Below, piece by piece: positions 25,343-36,620 of a DNA stretch of 64,000 nucleotides (positions are counted from its first letter, which is position 1; the number at the start of each line of letters is the position of its first letter). Source of the stretch: Carcharhinus amblyrhynchos (lineage: Eukaryota); NCBI GenBank assembly GCA_965287045.1, contig OZ336893.1, positions 34,348,001-34,412,000 on the forward strand, in the 5' to 3' direction. The notes below the pieces were generated by a model. It did not search any database. It was not told the origin of the DNA and saw nothing but the letters and a program-made list of their open reading frames with translations. The translations under genes and the position numbers were made by a program.

Positions 25343-26991
25343 CTGAGGAAGAAAATAAAAGGCCACTGTCAGAACATGAGGAATATAATTAACTTTCATC
25401 ATTCTACTTCTATTTATAGTACTGAATCAACCCTTCAACATTTGGACAGTTTTAAGGCTCAAGTACACAATAGTTTTCAATTTAGACTGCCAGCTTGATG
25501 CAAACAAGGTTCTGCGAGACATTTGTCCCCCCATATTTTCAATGCAGATAAGTATTAAACAAGTTACACAAAATGCCAAAGTACTTTTACCATGACAATT
25601 ATGTATAATTTAGTAGATCTGATTCAACATTTCACTGAAAATTAAATCTAAATTAAGTCTCCGAAAAATCTCAAATCAATTTCCATATTGCAATTACCTG
25701 TAACTGGGAGGAAAAGGGAGACAGTAAGCAAAAACAGACGAAGCAGAAGCAAAAATATGCACACAATACAATGCTAAATTTACAAATAATTTTCAAGTTA
25801 ATTAGTTGTCTCACCTGCTATTTTAAGCTAGTAAAAACATGCTACAATTGTCAATCCTATCATTTGAGCTGAGTGTATTTCCATGCGTATTCTTTTCTCT
25901 AAAATTCAAGTTGAATTTTGGAAGTAATTGAATCTGAGGAACATTTTAGGGAGGGCAAGAGCAGGACAAGACGGTAAAGGAGTTAAGGAAAAGGAAAGAG
26001 GAAACGTGGGTTGTTAAGGCCAAGACAAGCGACAGTAAAACAAGGGTTCAGAGGAAGGGATGGAGCACTGATTATAGGGAGGGGGCAAGCAGCTACAGAT
26101 CACATTTTCTCAACCTCAATCCCATACACAGTCATCAGTTGGTGACTATCTCAAGGAAAAATCAGATAGGGAATAAAGCATGGCAAGAAGAAATAATCTG
26201 AAATGAAAAAAGACAGACAGCAGAGAGTCCAAATTCTTTAACTGTACAACTCAGTAAACAAAATTTCTAAAATGACCAACTTTGATATGTTGGAGTTCTA
26301 ATTCAGTGACAATCAAGAAATCGGCAAATAGGGACGAGTAGCTCTAAAAATATAACAGGATTTTCAGTTCTTTGCTTTCATTCTTTAGAATCCTGTACCA
26401 CCATTTCAGGTTCAAGTTGCCCATTACAGTTTGGATTTGTGCACACCATGTTTGTCTTATGCTCATAAGGACACTGCCACTGCTATAAGCAGACTAAGTC
26501 ATATGAATGAAAGCCAATGCCTCTGTTTGGGCTACTCATATATCCTGGCTTACCATTTATCCACCCCCTATTTACAGCAAATACTGTGGATCACATGGGA
26601 CACTAATGTAACCTAACTCTTTATAAAGCAGAATATTGTAAACACAGCAGACGGCAACACAAAGTAAACTCAAGATTTGAGATGCATAATATATAATTAT
26701 TGCACACTCTTTCAATTGGCAAGCAGAATTGATCCAGTAGAAGAGGAGATCTAAAGAATTTTCTGAAGTGCCAGCTAAATAATGGGACTTGAACAAACAC
26801 TACCCTCCCGGACAACATTATGGATCAAGTGGCTTCAGCTCTCATGCACGACATGGGATGCACACTGAAACAAGACCATTCAGCTCCAAAAGTCTGTGCT
26901 TCACTTGAGCCTCCTCCCACCTTTCCTCATCTAATGCTTATATAGTTGTCCAGTTCCACATTCTCACCACTCTTTGGTTAACTACGTTCGG

Positions 26992-27128
26992 ACTCACTCA
27001 ATTCCTTACTGTAATCTCCAGGTCGACAACCTCAAGGTCAGGCCTAACTTAATACAATGGGTGAAATCTTGGACTTGGAGCCTTAGCAAAATTGGCAAGG
27101 ATTTTCTCAGAGACAATGACATTAACAT
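26992..27128 (+). repeat. Direct repeat copy 1 (~137 bp)
   Basis: Highly similar to 28956-29093. Confidence 0.9.
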
Positions 27129-27592
27129 CTCACCTCCAGACTAACAGTGGGAGAAACGATACACCGACTCTTTCAAAAGGTGTATAATTAATTTGGCCAC
27201 AGCATGGATGACAAGGACTCGTTGACATTTGATTTTTGAGGTTGTTGCAACCAGAAAAAAAAAAGGATGCTCACCAGCTGCTAAAGCTTACTGGGATCTG
27301 CAAGATGAGCTCTCTCAAGAACAAGAGAGCGACAACCTTTTCAAGCAAGCCAAATTCATGAAGTGGCTAAGTGAGCAACAGAAGTGCACTCCCTCCAATC
27401 TGAAGACAAGTCAGGAGGGCAAACAAGCACATGGCATAACATTGTTAGATATCAAGACCCACACTGACTTGTTCAGCATTCCCTTTATAGCAATCTTCAG
27501 GTCAACACATCTTGAAGCTCCAGCCATTCCTCTCTCTGCATCACTTTACATACCCATCCAAGTAGCCAACACTTCCTGGTGTCACTATTGCA

Positions 27593-27808
27593 TGATGTGG
27601 GTATGCCGGCGTTGGACTGGCGTAAACACAGTAAAAAGTCTGACAACACCAGGTTTTAGTCCAACCTATTTATTTGATAATATTCTCACAAGCTTTCGAG
27701 GGGACAGCCTCTTCGTCAGGTGAAGAGGCTGTCCCCTCGAAAGCTTGTGAGAATATTATCAAATAAATAGGTTGGACTAAAACCTGGTGTTGTCAGACTT
27801 TTTACTGT
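27593..27808. mobile_element. Young Penelope-like insertion: perfect 87-bp inverted repeat with a 13-bp flanking duplication
   Basis: 27628-27714 is the exact reverse complement of 27722-27808 (7-nt spacer gtcaggt); tgtcactattgca at 27580-27592 and 27806-27818; homologous to 117-277 and 7705-7798. Confidence 0.85.
27685..27724 (-). ncRNA. Candidate minimal type I hammerhead ribozyme, Penelope-associated, sense to QKI pre-mRNA
   Basis: Minus strand: ttcac CTGACGA a gagg-ctgtcc-cctc GAAA gctt gtgag; stem I tcac/gtga, stem II gagg/cctc, stem III reduced to palindromic AGCT; activity not shown. Confidence 0.6.
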
Positions 27809-28473
27809 CACTATTGCACCCAGGCCTCAGTCACTCCCAAAAACATGCTGTCCTTCTCATCTTTCCACTCGAGAAGCCAGCAGACAACTTGATGAAAGGC
27901 AGAGACCCTGGCAGAAGGAAGAAGGGCTGTGACCTTCTGATGGCAGGCTCTTTGGTGGCCATTGGCAATACGTGCTCACCAACTACATTTGAAAGATCTC
28001 CAAGTGGCAGCTGATGTTAGGTGACCTGTCAAAGCTCACGTCTCCTGAGGTATTGGTGTTCAAACATGTAAAGAGCAGTCCTGTGCCTGTAAGAACTTGT
28101 CATGGATCTCACCTCCCAGCCTTGTGAAGAAGCATGCAACTGACAAAACAGCAAGTGCTGCTGCTGGAGCAGTTAGCAGTGGTGTGGCAATGAAAGGTGG
28201 AGATGAACAAGCTGCTCTTAAACACTGATGAAGGCTGGCAGCAGGGAAATGCAGGTGACAATGATGTGTAAAACTAAAAGTCTCTTTCATGCATTGATCC
28301 TGGCATTGCGTGTGCACCCTGAAAAAGGAATCCAGGTCTTTTGGCTCAATGCTTTCTCACTATATACAACGGAGCTCCCCACTGGACTTGGGGCCAAATC
28401 CACAGAAGCTGTAGATGGCAGGGTCATGATGGAATTTCTTCATTTTTAATGAATTCTATGAATTTATTAAAAT

Positions 28474-28792
28474 TCATAGAAACCCTACAGTGCAGAAAAA
28501 GGCCATTCAGCCCATCAAGTCCACACTGGCGACAATCCCACCAAGGCCCTACCTATTTTACCTGCTAATCCTCTAACCTACACATCTCAGGACACTAAGG
28601 GGCAATTTTAGCATGGTCAATCAACCTAACCTGCACATCTTTGGACTGTGGTAGGAAACAGGAACACCTGGAGGAAACCCACACAGACGCTAGGAGAATG
28701 TGTAAACTCCACACAGTAACCTGAGCCAGGAATCAAACCCAGGTCCCTGAAGCTGTGAAGCAGCACTGTTAACCACTGTGCTCCCATGCCCC
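28474..28792 (-). mobile_element. tRNA-derived SINE (HE1-like), near full length
   Basis: catagaaaccctacagtgcaga tail, ggcaattttagcatggtcaatcaacctaacctgcacatctttggactgtgg core, taaccactgtgctcccatgcc head. Confidence 0.9.
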
Positions 28793-28955
28793 TCAGTCAA
28801 TTTGAGGGAATTCAACTCCGAATGCTCCAAAACCTACCTCCATTTGGCTGGGGAAATTCTGCCCATGTTAGACATGCAGAATGCCATGTAGATCAACAAA
28901 CATTAACACATCACCCAGGCATCTCACTCATTTATTAGAAGTCATAACACAATTA

Positions 28956-29093
28956 ACTCACTCAATTCCCTATTGTAATCTCCAGGTCGACAACCTCAAG
29001 TCAGGCCTTACTTAATACAATGGGTAAAATCTCATGGACTTGAAGCCTTAGCAAAGTTGGCAAGGATTTTCTCACAGACAGTGACATTAACAT
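28956..29093 (+). repeat. Direct repeat copy 2 (~138 bp)
   Basis: Highly similar to 26992-27128. Confidence 0.9.
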
Positions 29094-30754
29094 TTGTAGC
29101 CCAATTTCTAGACCCATCAACCTGGTATGGTCATGTGGTCAATTAGCCTGTTGGTTACCACTCCACAATGGCATCAAGTAATATCTGAAAGCAGATGATG
29201 GGGCTAGGGAAAAAAAAGTGCAACAGACTGGTGACATTAGAGTCTAGTTGTGCAGAGATGACAAGAAGCGGATCCAAAGGGGACAGAGACCAAGTACAGC
29301 GTGGAAGTCCAACTGTTCTGTTCCTGACCAGAATGCATCTCAAATTATTGTACAAATATGAACAATTTTCCAAATGTGCTTCTGGATGTTGAGCATCACC
29401 AGCACAAATCAACATCAAACCACTGGGAATCAGTACCCAATTACATGCTACAGTTTCAACTAGTAAAACAAATGAATTTTAAATTAACCTTTGGAAATAA
29501 ACAAGAAGATGAGAAATGAACATGAGTGGAGATGAAGTACAGAAAAGGCCTATTTTGTCACGCTGAACTAGTAGTGTCTGAAACAACCAACAGATGCTAG
29601 AATTCAGACCTGCACTGACTGAAAGATTAGCTTAAATGATGAAAACCATTTTTAGAAAATATTTTAGTTCATTCTGAAGTACAATTTAATGGCAAGCTCT
29701 CAGCACGAAGCACAAATGTGGCGATTGTAATGCATTTGTTTATCCGCTATTTATAAACTCAGTGACCCACTTGAAATGGATGAACTCAAAACACCTTCTA
29801 CAAATAATGTTCTGTGCAAAATAGAAGCTGCACCTGTTCACAGTAAATATACATATGAAGCTAAAGCACAAGGTGCCACTGAGCACTTGCTATGTATTAA
29901 AATCCAACAATTCCCAAGATCAGATCAATTTAAATGTCTTTTTCCACTTGTGTGAAGAGGAGGTCTCACCGAGGCAATGCAGGGCACAGCCAAAGCAACA
30001 ATGACAAGATTACAGTGCTATGGAAATTGTCAACCTTTCAAGTTGAATCATGCTTGTGTAAAATCCTTTGACAATTGCAATTTAGCCACTCACCCAAGTC
30101 TTCAGATTCCAACTGCACAAAATTCATATTTATGCTACCATGACATTTCCTCCTCTTCTGATATTCATTTATTCCTAAATATTCTGAATTATCAATTCCC
30201 CAGATATTTTACATACACTAATTTATCACATCAGAATACTAGCTTTCCAAGATTAAATAAACGTTCAGTGAAACACTCGGTTTCTATTTGCTCACGTGTA
30301 CAGGAAATGCATTTGTCCTCAGTTTCTTTGCCTTTCACTGCAGATCTACACATCTTAAAAACAGGTAAAGGCAGCTTTGTCTCAAACTGATGGTTTGCAC
30401 TGTGGCAGACAGCTCTGCATCACCTAGTGTGAATTAGGAGCCCTGCTCTGGCATGGTGGTTTCTGCCATTTGTTGCAGCCTGGCATGACGAATTCCACCT
30501 ATTTGTTGAGCAGAGACCCTAAGCTCCAAGTACCCATTGATGCAGATGGACTGTGGTGGGTCAGCACCTACAATCATAAGAGGTTCTGCCTCCACTCAAT
30601 TGAGAATCATGAGTTTCAGTTCCAACATGCAGTGCCAGGTACATAGGCCACATGCCCCAACAATCGGCTCCCTGAACACTTTTTGGTTGCGCTAATAGAC
30701 AACACAAACCACGCTTCAACCAGCCCATGTTTACAAAACCCAAAACCAATTTGA

Positions 30755-31158
30755 GATTCATTCATGGGATCTGGGCAACACCAACTGGGCCAGCGTTAAT
30801 TGCCCATCCCCAACTGTCCTTGGGCAGAGTGGCTTGTTACATCATTTCAGAGGGTCTTTTAAGAATCAACCACATTGCTGTAGATCTGCAGTCACTCGTA
30901 GACCAGAATAGGTAAAGTTGGCAGAACCCCTTCCCTAAATGATAGTGAACCAGACCAGGGAAGGACAGCAGCATATTCCCTCCTTTGAAGGACATCAGTG
31001 AAGCAAATGAGTTTTTACGACAATCAGTCGCGATCCCATTGTCAATATTAGACTAATTCCAAATATTTATTGGACTCGAATTTCACCATCAGCCAAGGTG
31101 GGATTCAAACTCTGGATCTCTGGATTATTAGTCCAGTGATAATACCACCACATCACCA
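30755..31158 (-). mobile_element. Deu-domain-like SINE (SacSINE1-like)
   Basis: taattgcccatccc, gaatcaaccacattgctgt, ggattattagtccagtgataataccac; reverse of the 2738-3897 family. Confidence 0.7.
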
Positions 31159-31399
31159 GGTTTCATGGTTCTGTTGGCTATGATTCATCAGTTGGGCAAC
31201 ACGGACATCTTGAGTGCACCAAAAGCAACACTAACAACCAATTTAAGATAATCAGTTGAACTCAATGTGGCTCATTTACATTTGCAAGAAGCAACATATT
31301 CATATGCAGGGACCCTCTGCAAGGAAAAGGAATGTTTACGCCTTGTACCTTTGAATTACCAGGAGCTTAGGGAGCCAAAATTGCCCAATCTCTCTCCAC

Positions 31400-32790
31400 T
31401 AGAAATAGGAGTGGACCATATAGCAAATTGAGTCACCTCTGCCATTCAATGATCGTGGACTTTAATGTCCATTCCTCATACTCTGCCCACATCCCAATTC
31501 CCTAAGACACTGAAAATCTGTTTATCCCTGCCTTAAATGCACTAATTGAATATTCAGAATCTTCTGGGGGTGAGAATCCCAGAAGATTCACAACCCTTTT
31601 GAGTGAAATAATGTCATCTCATCTCAGTGCTAAATAATCAGCTCATTATCCTGAGACTGTACCCAAGTTTTTCTTACCCAGAATTCCCTGACCTGCAGGA
31701 ACACCATCTGAGCATCTACCTCATCAAGCACCTTCAGAATCTTGCAAGCAATGAATTTGCCTATCATTCTTTCAAAGTCCAGAGAGCACAAGCCCCATTT
31801 ACTCAACCTCTTATCATAGAGCAACCCCTTACCCCAGAGACCAATTTAGTGAACCTTCATTGTACTTCTTCCAATCAAAGTACATCCTTCTTTTCATACT
31901 AGACCAAAACAGTGTTTCAAACGTGGTCTCACCAAAACCCTAAACAGTAGCAAGGTTTCTTTATTCCAGTACTCCAAACATTTTGCAACAAAGACCAACA
32001 TGCCAGCTGTCTGCTTGGCATACTGGTATGCTGACTTTGCTTTCCGTGGAATCAGCTGACTTACCAATCATGCAGCCTTTTCTCCTGTGGTATAAATTGT
32101 ACTCAAAGGCCACCACATCATTCGCCTTCAAAATTGACTGGTGTGCTAATGTTCCTGGTAAGAGTACATCATAGGTCTCTTTGAACAACTAAATTTACTA
32201 GTTTTAAAAGTATTCTGCTTAACTACAGAAGTAAATAACTTCACAATTCCCCATATTGCATTTGGCCACTTGGTGCCCAGTCATTAACTTGCCTTTTGTA
32301 GTCTGTGGCCTCCTCAGAGCTCGTGTTTCTACTTAGCTTTATATCAGCAAATTTAACATTACATTCTGTCCCCTTCAACCAAGTCAGTAACAGACAGTAA
32401 ATTTTGATTTTATTTATTTTCACTATGTTAATACATGTGACAAGTATTGTTTCTTGTAATATACAAAGCAGACCACAGAAGTAAATAGCATTGACCTTTG
32501 TGGCCCTCTTACTACTTACAGCCTGCCACCTGGAACGATGCCCTATTTATTCCTCCTTTTTTCATTCTGTTAATGAAGACTCCATAACACTAATACTTCC
32601 AACTTCACGAGCCTCACTGCACCGTATTAAGCATTTGTGCTATCAAATGCCTCTTGGAAATCTAGGTATACAAATCTACTGGCACCCATTTATCTACCCT
32701 ACTACTTCCACCCTGAAAAACCCAGACAAATTAATTAAGCACACTTTCCTTTCTGTAAACCCATGTTGATTCAGTCTGATTAGCCGAGTC
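31400..32790 (-). mobile_element. Decayed CR1 LINE (RT to 3' UTR)
   Basis: agaaataggagtggaccat tail, gattcacaacccttttgagtgaa, KGTECNVKFADIKL remnant. Confidence 0.75.
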
Positions 32791-34020
32791 CAGATTAGGT
32801 TTTAGATTCAGTGGCCGGAGTTTTACCACCACACCTACTCAAAATCACAAAATACCAGCCAATCACTTGCAAACTCCATGTCAAAAATCAGAAAAGAGCA
32901 GCCAGACCCCATCCCAAAACTCACCTGAGTAATGCATCAGATCTTTTAACTCTGGGGAAGCTTGCAAAGCTAAATCTAAACACAAGCCTCACTACTAATG
33001 TGCAGTAGCATATCAATACCAAAATGCAATTTTCTGTATGGCAAGCAGCTAAATTACACGTAGAAACCAATTTCAAAAATCAGAATTCTACATCAGTCTT
33101 TACCAATTCAGAGCTCAATTAACATTTTATCAAATCCCTTTGTGTTTAAATTGGACTTCACTTGTCCATCCCCCATTATAAAAGAAATCTGTAATGATGT
33201 TCCCAGCCAGCAACAAAACAAATTTGTAACTGTTTCTCAAATCAGCGATGAAAAACACTTGTTTTCTACTCTGGTTTTGCTGCCACTGCCTTTGTAAAAA
33301 ACTGACATACTATGTTGGTGCCTCCAATAGCAGGCGTCTGAGAGATGTAACATTGTAGTGACATGAAAGATACCTGCATACTGAGGTGCTGACAGCATAG
33401 TTAGGCAAACACTCAAACATTTAACAGCCAAAATGTTATAGGCGGCTTCCAATTCCCATTTACAAATCAGGCGTGCAACTGGGAGGTTCATTCAAGGAAA
33501 GAACTCTGTTAAGGTACTCTCCTGAGAGTCAGCCTGCAAGACTGACTAACATTCTCCCTCATTTCGATTACATACGTATACTCATCAAATGCACTTGCCC
33601 TGAAATATGAAGAGTGAATACGGTGTTCTCATTGTCATTATAACTCCCCTGCCCCCTTTAAAAATAGTAAATTACAACAAAACAGTAAGTTAATTTAGCT
33701 AGCCTGTTATACATGGGCAAAAACAAGCTGCATTTGAAGTGCATGAAAAATATGACATCAATTTGCCATCCTTGCAGCTGATTTGGGGGGGGGGGGGGGG
33801 GGGCAGTGGGGAGAACAGAAGTGAGAATTTAAAATTCAACATCTGCAGCACGTTTTATTCGTATAGGTGTTTAAATAGGGAACAGATGCCGACAGAATCA
33901 ATTCTAACTTCAACTTTGTTGATAGGAAAATAAATCTCAGTTTTCTTTTAATCAGGAGAAAATGCTTAATTGTTAAGAAGCAACCACTGATCACAATTCT
34001 TTAGCTTTTAATAGCTATAT

Positions 34021-34286
34021 AGGTGGCATGGTGACACAATGGTAAGCACAGGGTTCATCCAGCCAAGGTCCATGTGGAGTTTGCATGTTCTCCCAGCACG
34101 TGTGGGTGCTCTCCAGGTGTTTTGATTGCCTCCCACAATCCAGAAGTGTGGACTGACCATGGTAAATGCACAGAGTAGAGGATTAAAGCAGACATGGATG
34201 GGGTGAGTGGGCTGGGTAAGATACTCTTGAGAGCTGGTGCAGACATGGGCTGAATGGCCTCCTTCCACACAAGGGGTTCTATGGAA
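34021..34286 (+). mobile_element. tRNA-derived SINE (HE1-like)
   Basis: ggcatggtgacacaatggtaagcac head, gtggagtttgcatgttctccc, gggctgaatggcctccttc tail. Confidence 0.8.
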
Positions 34287-34654
34287 TGGCAACAGCATCT
34301 GAAATGCGACACTTCATATATGTGTTGTGCAACACTGGTGGCTGCAGAGTATGCAAAGATATTTTACTCCACTTAGAACAACCTGATGCCAATTTTCCAT
34401 ACTTGTTGCCAATGATTAGTAGATAGAAAGTGATTTTATGTAGGACTTGCAGCAACCTACATTTCACTCGCAGTTAATAACTTCTTGATTGATTTTGTAA
34501 AAAATGTTTATAACAAGTTTATACAATTTCTCATATGATGCTTTGTTCAAGGGGATGTTCTCAACAGAATACACAAATCCTGCAGGCACAGAATCACAAT
34601 TATATCACACAAAATCCAACAATAGCGTTGAACAGAAAAAAAGGATGGAAATAC

Positions 34655-34818
34655 TGAGGCCAGGCCACACATTTGAACAAATCCTGATACATTTGGCTGT
34701 GCTAAATTCTCCTTCAGTGTACCCGAACAGGCGCCAGATTGTGACAACTTGGGGATTTTCACAGCAACTTTATTGCAGTGTTAATGTAAGCCCACTTATG
34801 ACACTAAGTAAAAAAAAA
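34655..34818 (+). mobile_element. Partial SINE (3' half of the 1690-1957 type)
   Basis: gctaaattctccttcagtgtacccgaacaggcgcc...gcagtgttaatgtaagcccacttatgacactaa followed by an A-run. Confidence 0.75.
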
Positions 34819-35189
34819 TCTAACTTTTTCCAGTTCTTATAAGTCACAGGCCTGACATGTTAACTTTGTCCTCTCAGATGCTGTTCAACCTGAGTATTTC
34901 AAGCATTGTCTATACAAATCTAATAGCTAAGTCTGATGCATTGACAAGCTCTCCAACCACAAACTGCAGCTGCAGATACACAACTCCAGGCTCTTCCTAC
35001 CGCTTCCTCACCATCAGCTACAATATAGAAACCTCAAGATGTTCAGCAAGGCTTATGCTAGTGATACCATGGTCCAGAGGAACTGTATACTTTTACAATG
35101 CCATCCCCAATACTGCCAACTAAAATATGGTGACCTGGAGATTTGGTGAATTGTATATTTGCCACCTGCTTTCCATCCCCCTCACTTTT

Positions 35190-35495
35190 CATAGAATCCC
35201 TACATTGCAGAAGATGACCACTCAGCCCACTGAGTCTGCACCGACTCACTGAATGAGCATTTTACCCAGATCCACACCAACCCACCCTGGTAATCCCACA
35301 TATTTATCCCACCAATCCCTCCTAATCTACACGTCTTGGGGCATTAAATGACCATTTAGCATGGCCAATGCACTTAACGCATACATCTTGAGAGAGAGTG
35401 GAAACCAGAGAAAACCTACACAAAAGGAAATACATGCAAGGAAAACCAGACACTTAAGGCCAGAATTGACTAACGCAGTGTTAACCTCTGCCACT
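35190..35495 (-). mobile_element. tRNA-derived SINE (HE1-like), degenerate
   Basis: catagaatccctacattgcaga tail, catttagcatggccaatgcacttaac. Confidence 0.75.
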
Positions 35496-36261
35496 ATTTT
35501 GAAATGGAAATCAATTTGCCACCAATTCAGCAACATTAAAATAGGAATTCAGAGAAGACAAGTACTACATTCATGAGAAGAGTATTGCATCAGCATCAAG
35601 TCAATGCAAGCAGGGACCAGAATATCCAAAAGGAATGCATTTCATTCAACAAACCAGTGATATTTTACCAATTAAAGAAACAAAGACTTTGTAGATTGGG
35701 TTTTGAGTAACATTTTACAGATTAACTATATTAAGAAGAATGTTTCAGGGTACAAAACCCAAATAGATACATTGTATACAACACAACTTTAGCCCCCATG
35801 CTGACAGGATAATTCCAACTCCGCTCTGATAAAACTTCAGAGATACACAAAGACGTTCACCCATCCAAACATGTTCATCTTATGAACTAAGAAATATACA
35901 CGGCCCTTACCTCAAATGATTATTAACCCAACACTAGAAGAACACTAGAACAGGGGCTAATATTCCCCAGTACATCTTAACCTTTATAAATTCAAAACTG
36001 CATGCGCACCTTATTTTTGCCTACAAGCTTTCACAGCATTTGAACTAAGACCCAAGAACAAGCTGGGCTTTCAATACTTTAATTCTAAAAACTTAAAAGC
36101 CCTAGGCCAAGAGTAAAAATGCAAACCACAAAAGGAATCTGTCGATCAAGTAAATACTGAACAGTGCTCAGACAGAAGCAAAGTGCCACAAATGCTGAAA
36201 ATCTGAAATGAGTTACTGCAAAGTTGAGGTCAGACTGATATCACTGTTTTAACAGGGGTTT

Positions 36262-36620
36262 TATTAAACTCATTCATGGGACATGGGCATCACTGGCTGG
36301 CCAACATTTATTGCCCATCCTAGTTCCCCTCGAGAGACTTGCTAGGCCACTTCAGAGTCAATCACATTGCTGAGACTTGAGTCACATATAGGCCAGGCTA
36401 GATTTTCTTCCCTAAAAAAGGACATTAGTGAACCAGGTGGGTTTTTCCAGTCGACAATGATTTCATGGTCATCAGTAGATTCTTAATTCCAGACTTTTTT
36501 TTATTGAATTCAAATTTCACCAGCTGTCATGATGGGATTTGAATCCCTGTCCCAAGAACATTAGTCGAGTTTCTTGATTAATTGTCTAGTTATAATACCA
36601 CTAGGCCATCACCATCCCAC
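36262..36620 (-). mobile_element. Deu-domain-like SINE (SacSINE1-like), near full length
   Basis: Reverse complement of 2744-2762 joined to 3581-3897, including ggacattagtgaaccag and taataccactaggccatc. Confidence 0.75.

Noticed and set aside
27229-27723. 164-aa plus-strand ORF as a nested gene
   Set aside because: It runs across a TE insertion junction into the palindrome, has no recognisable domain and begins at a non-ATG codon
27628-27808. Hairpin as a pre-miRNA
   Set aside because: An 87-bp perfect stem with flanking duplication and homologous repeats elsewhere fits a TE inversion; pre-miRNAs are shorter and imperfect
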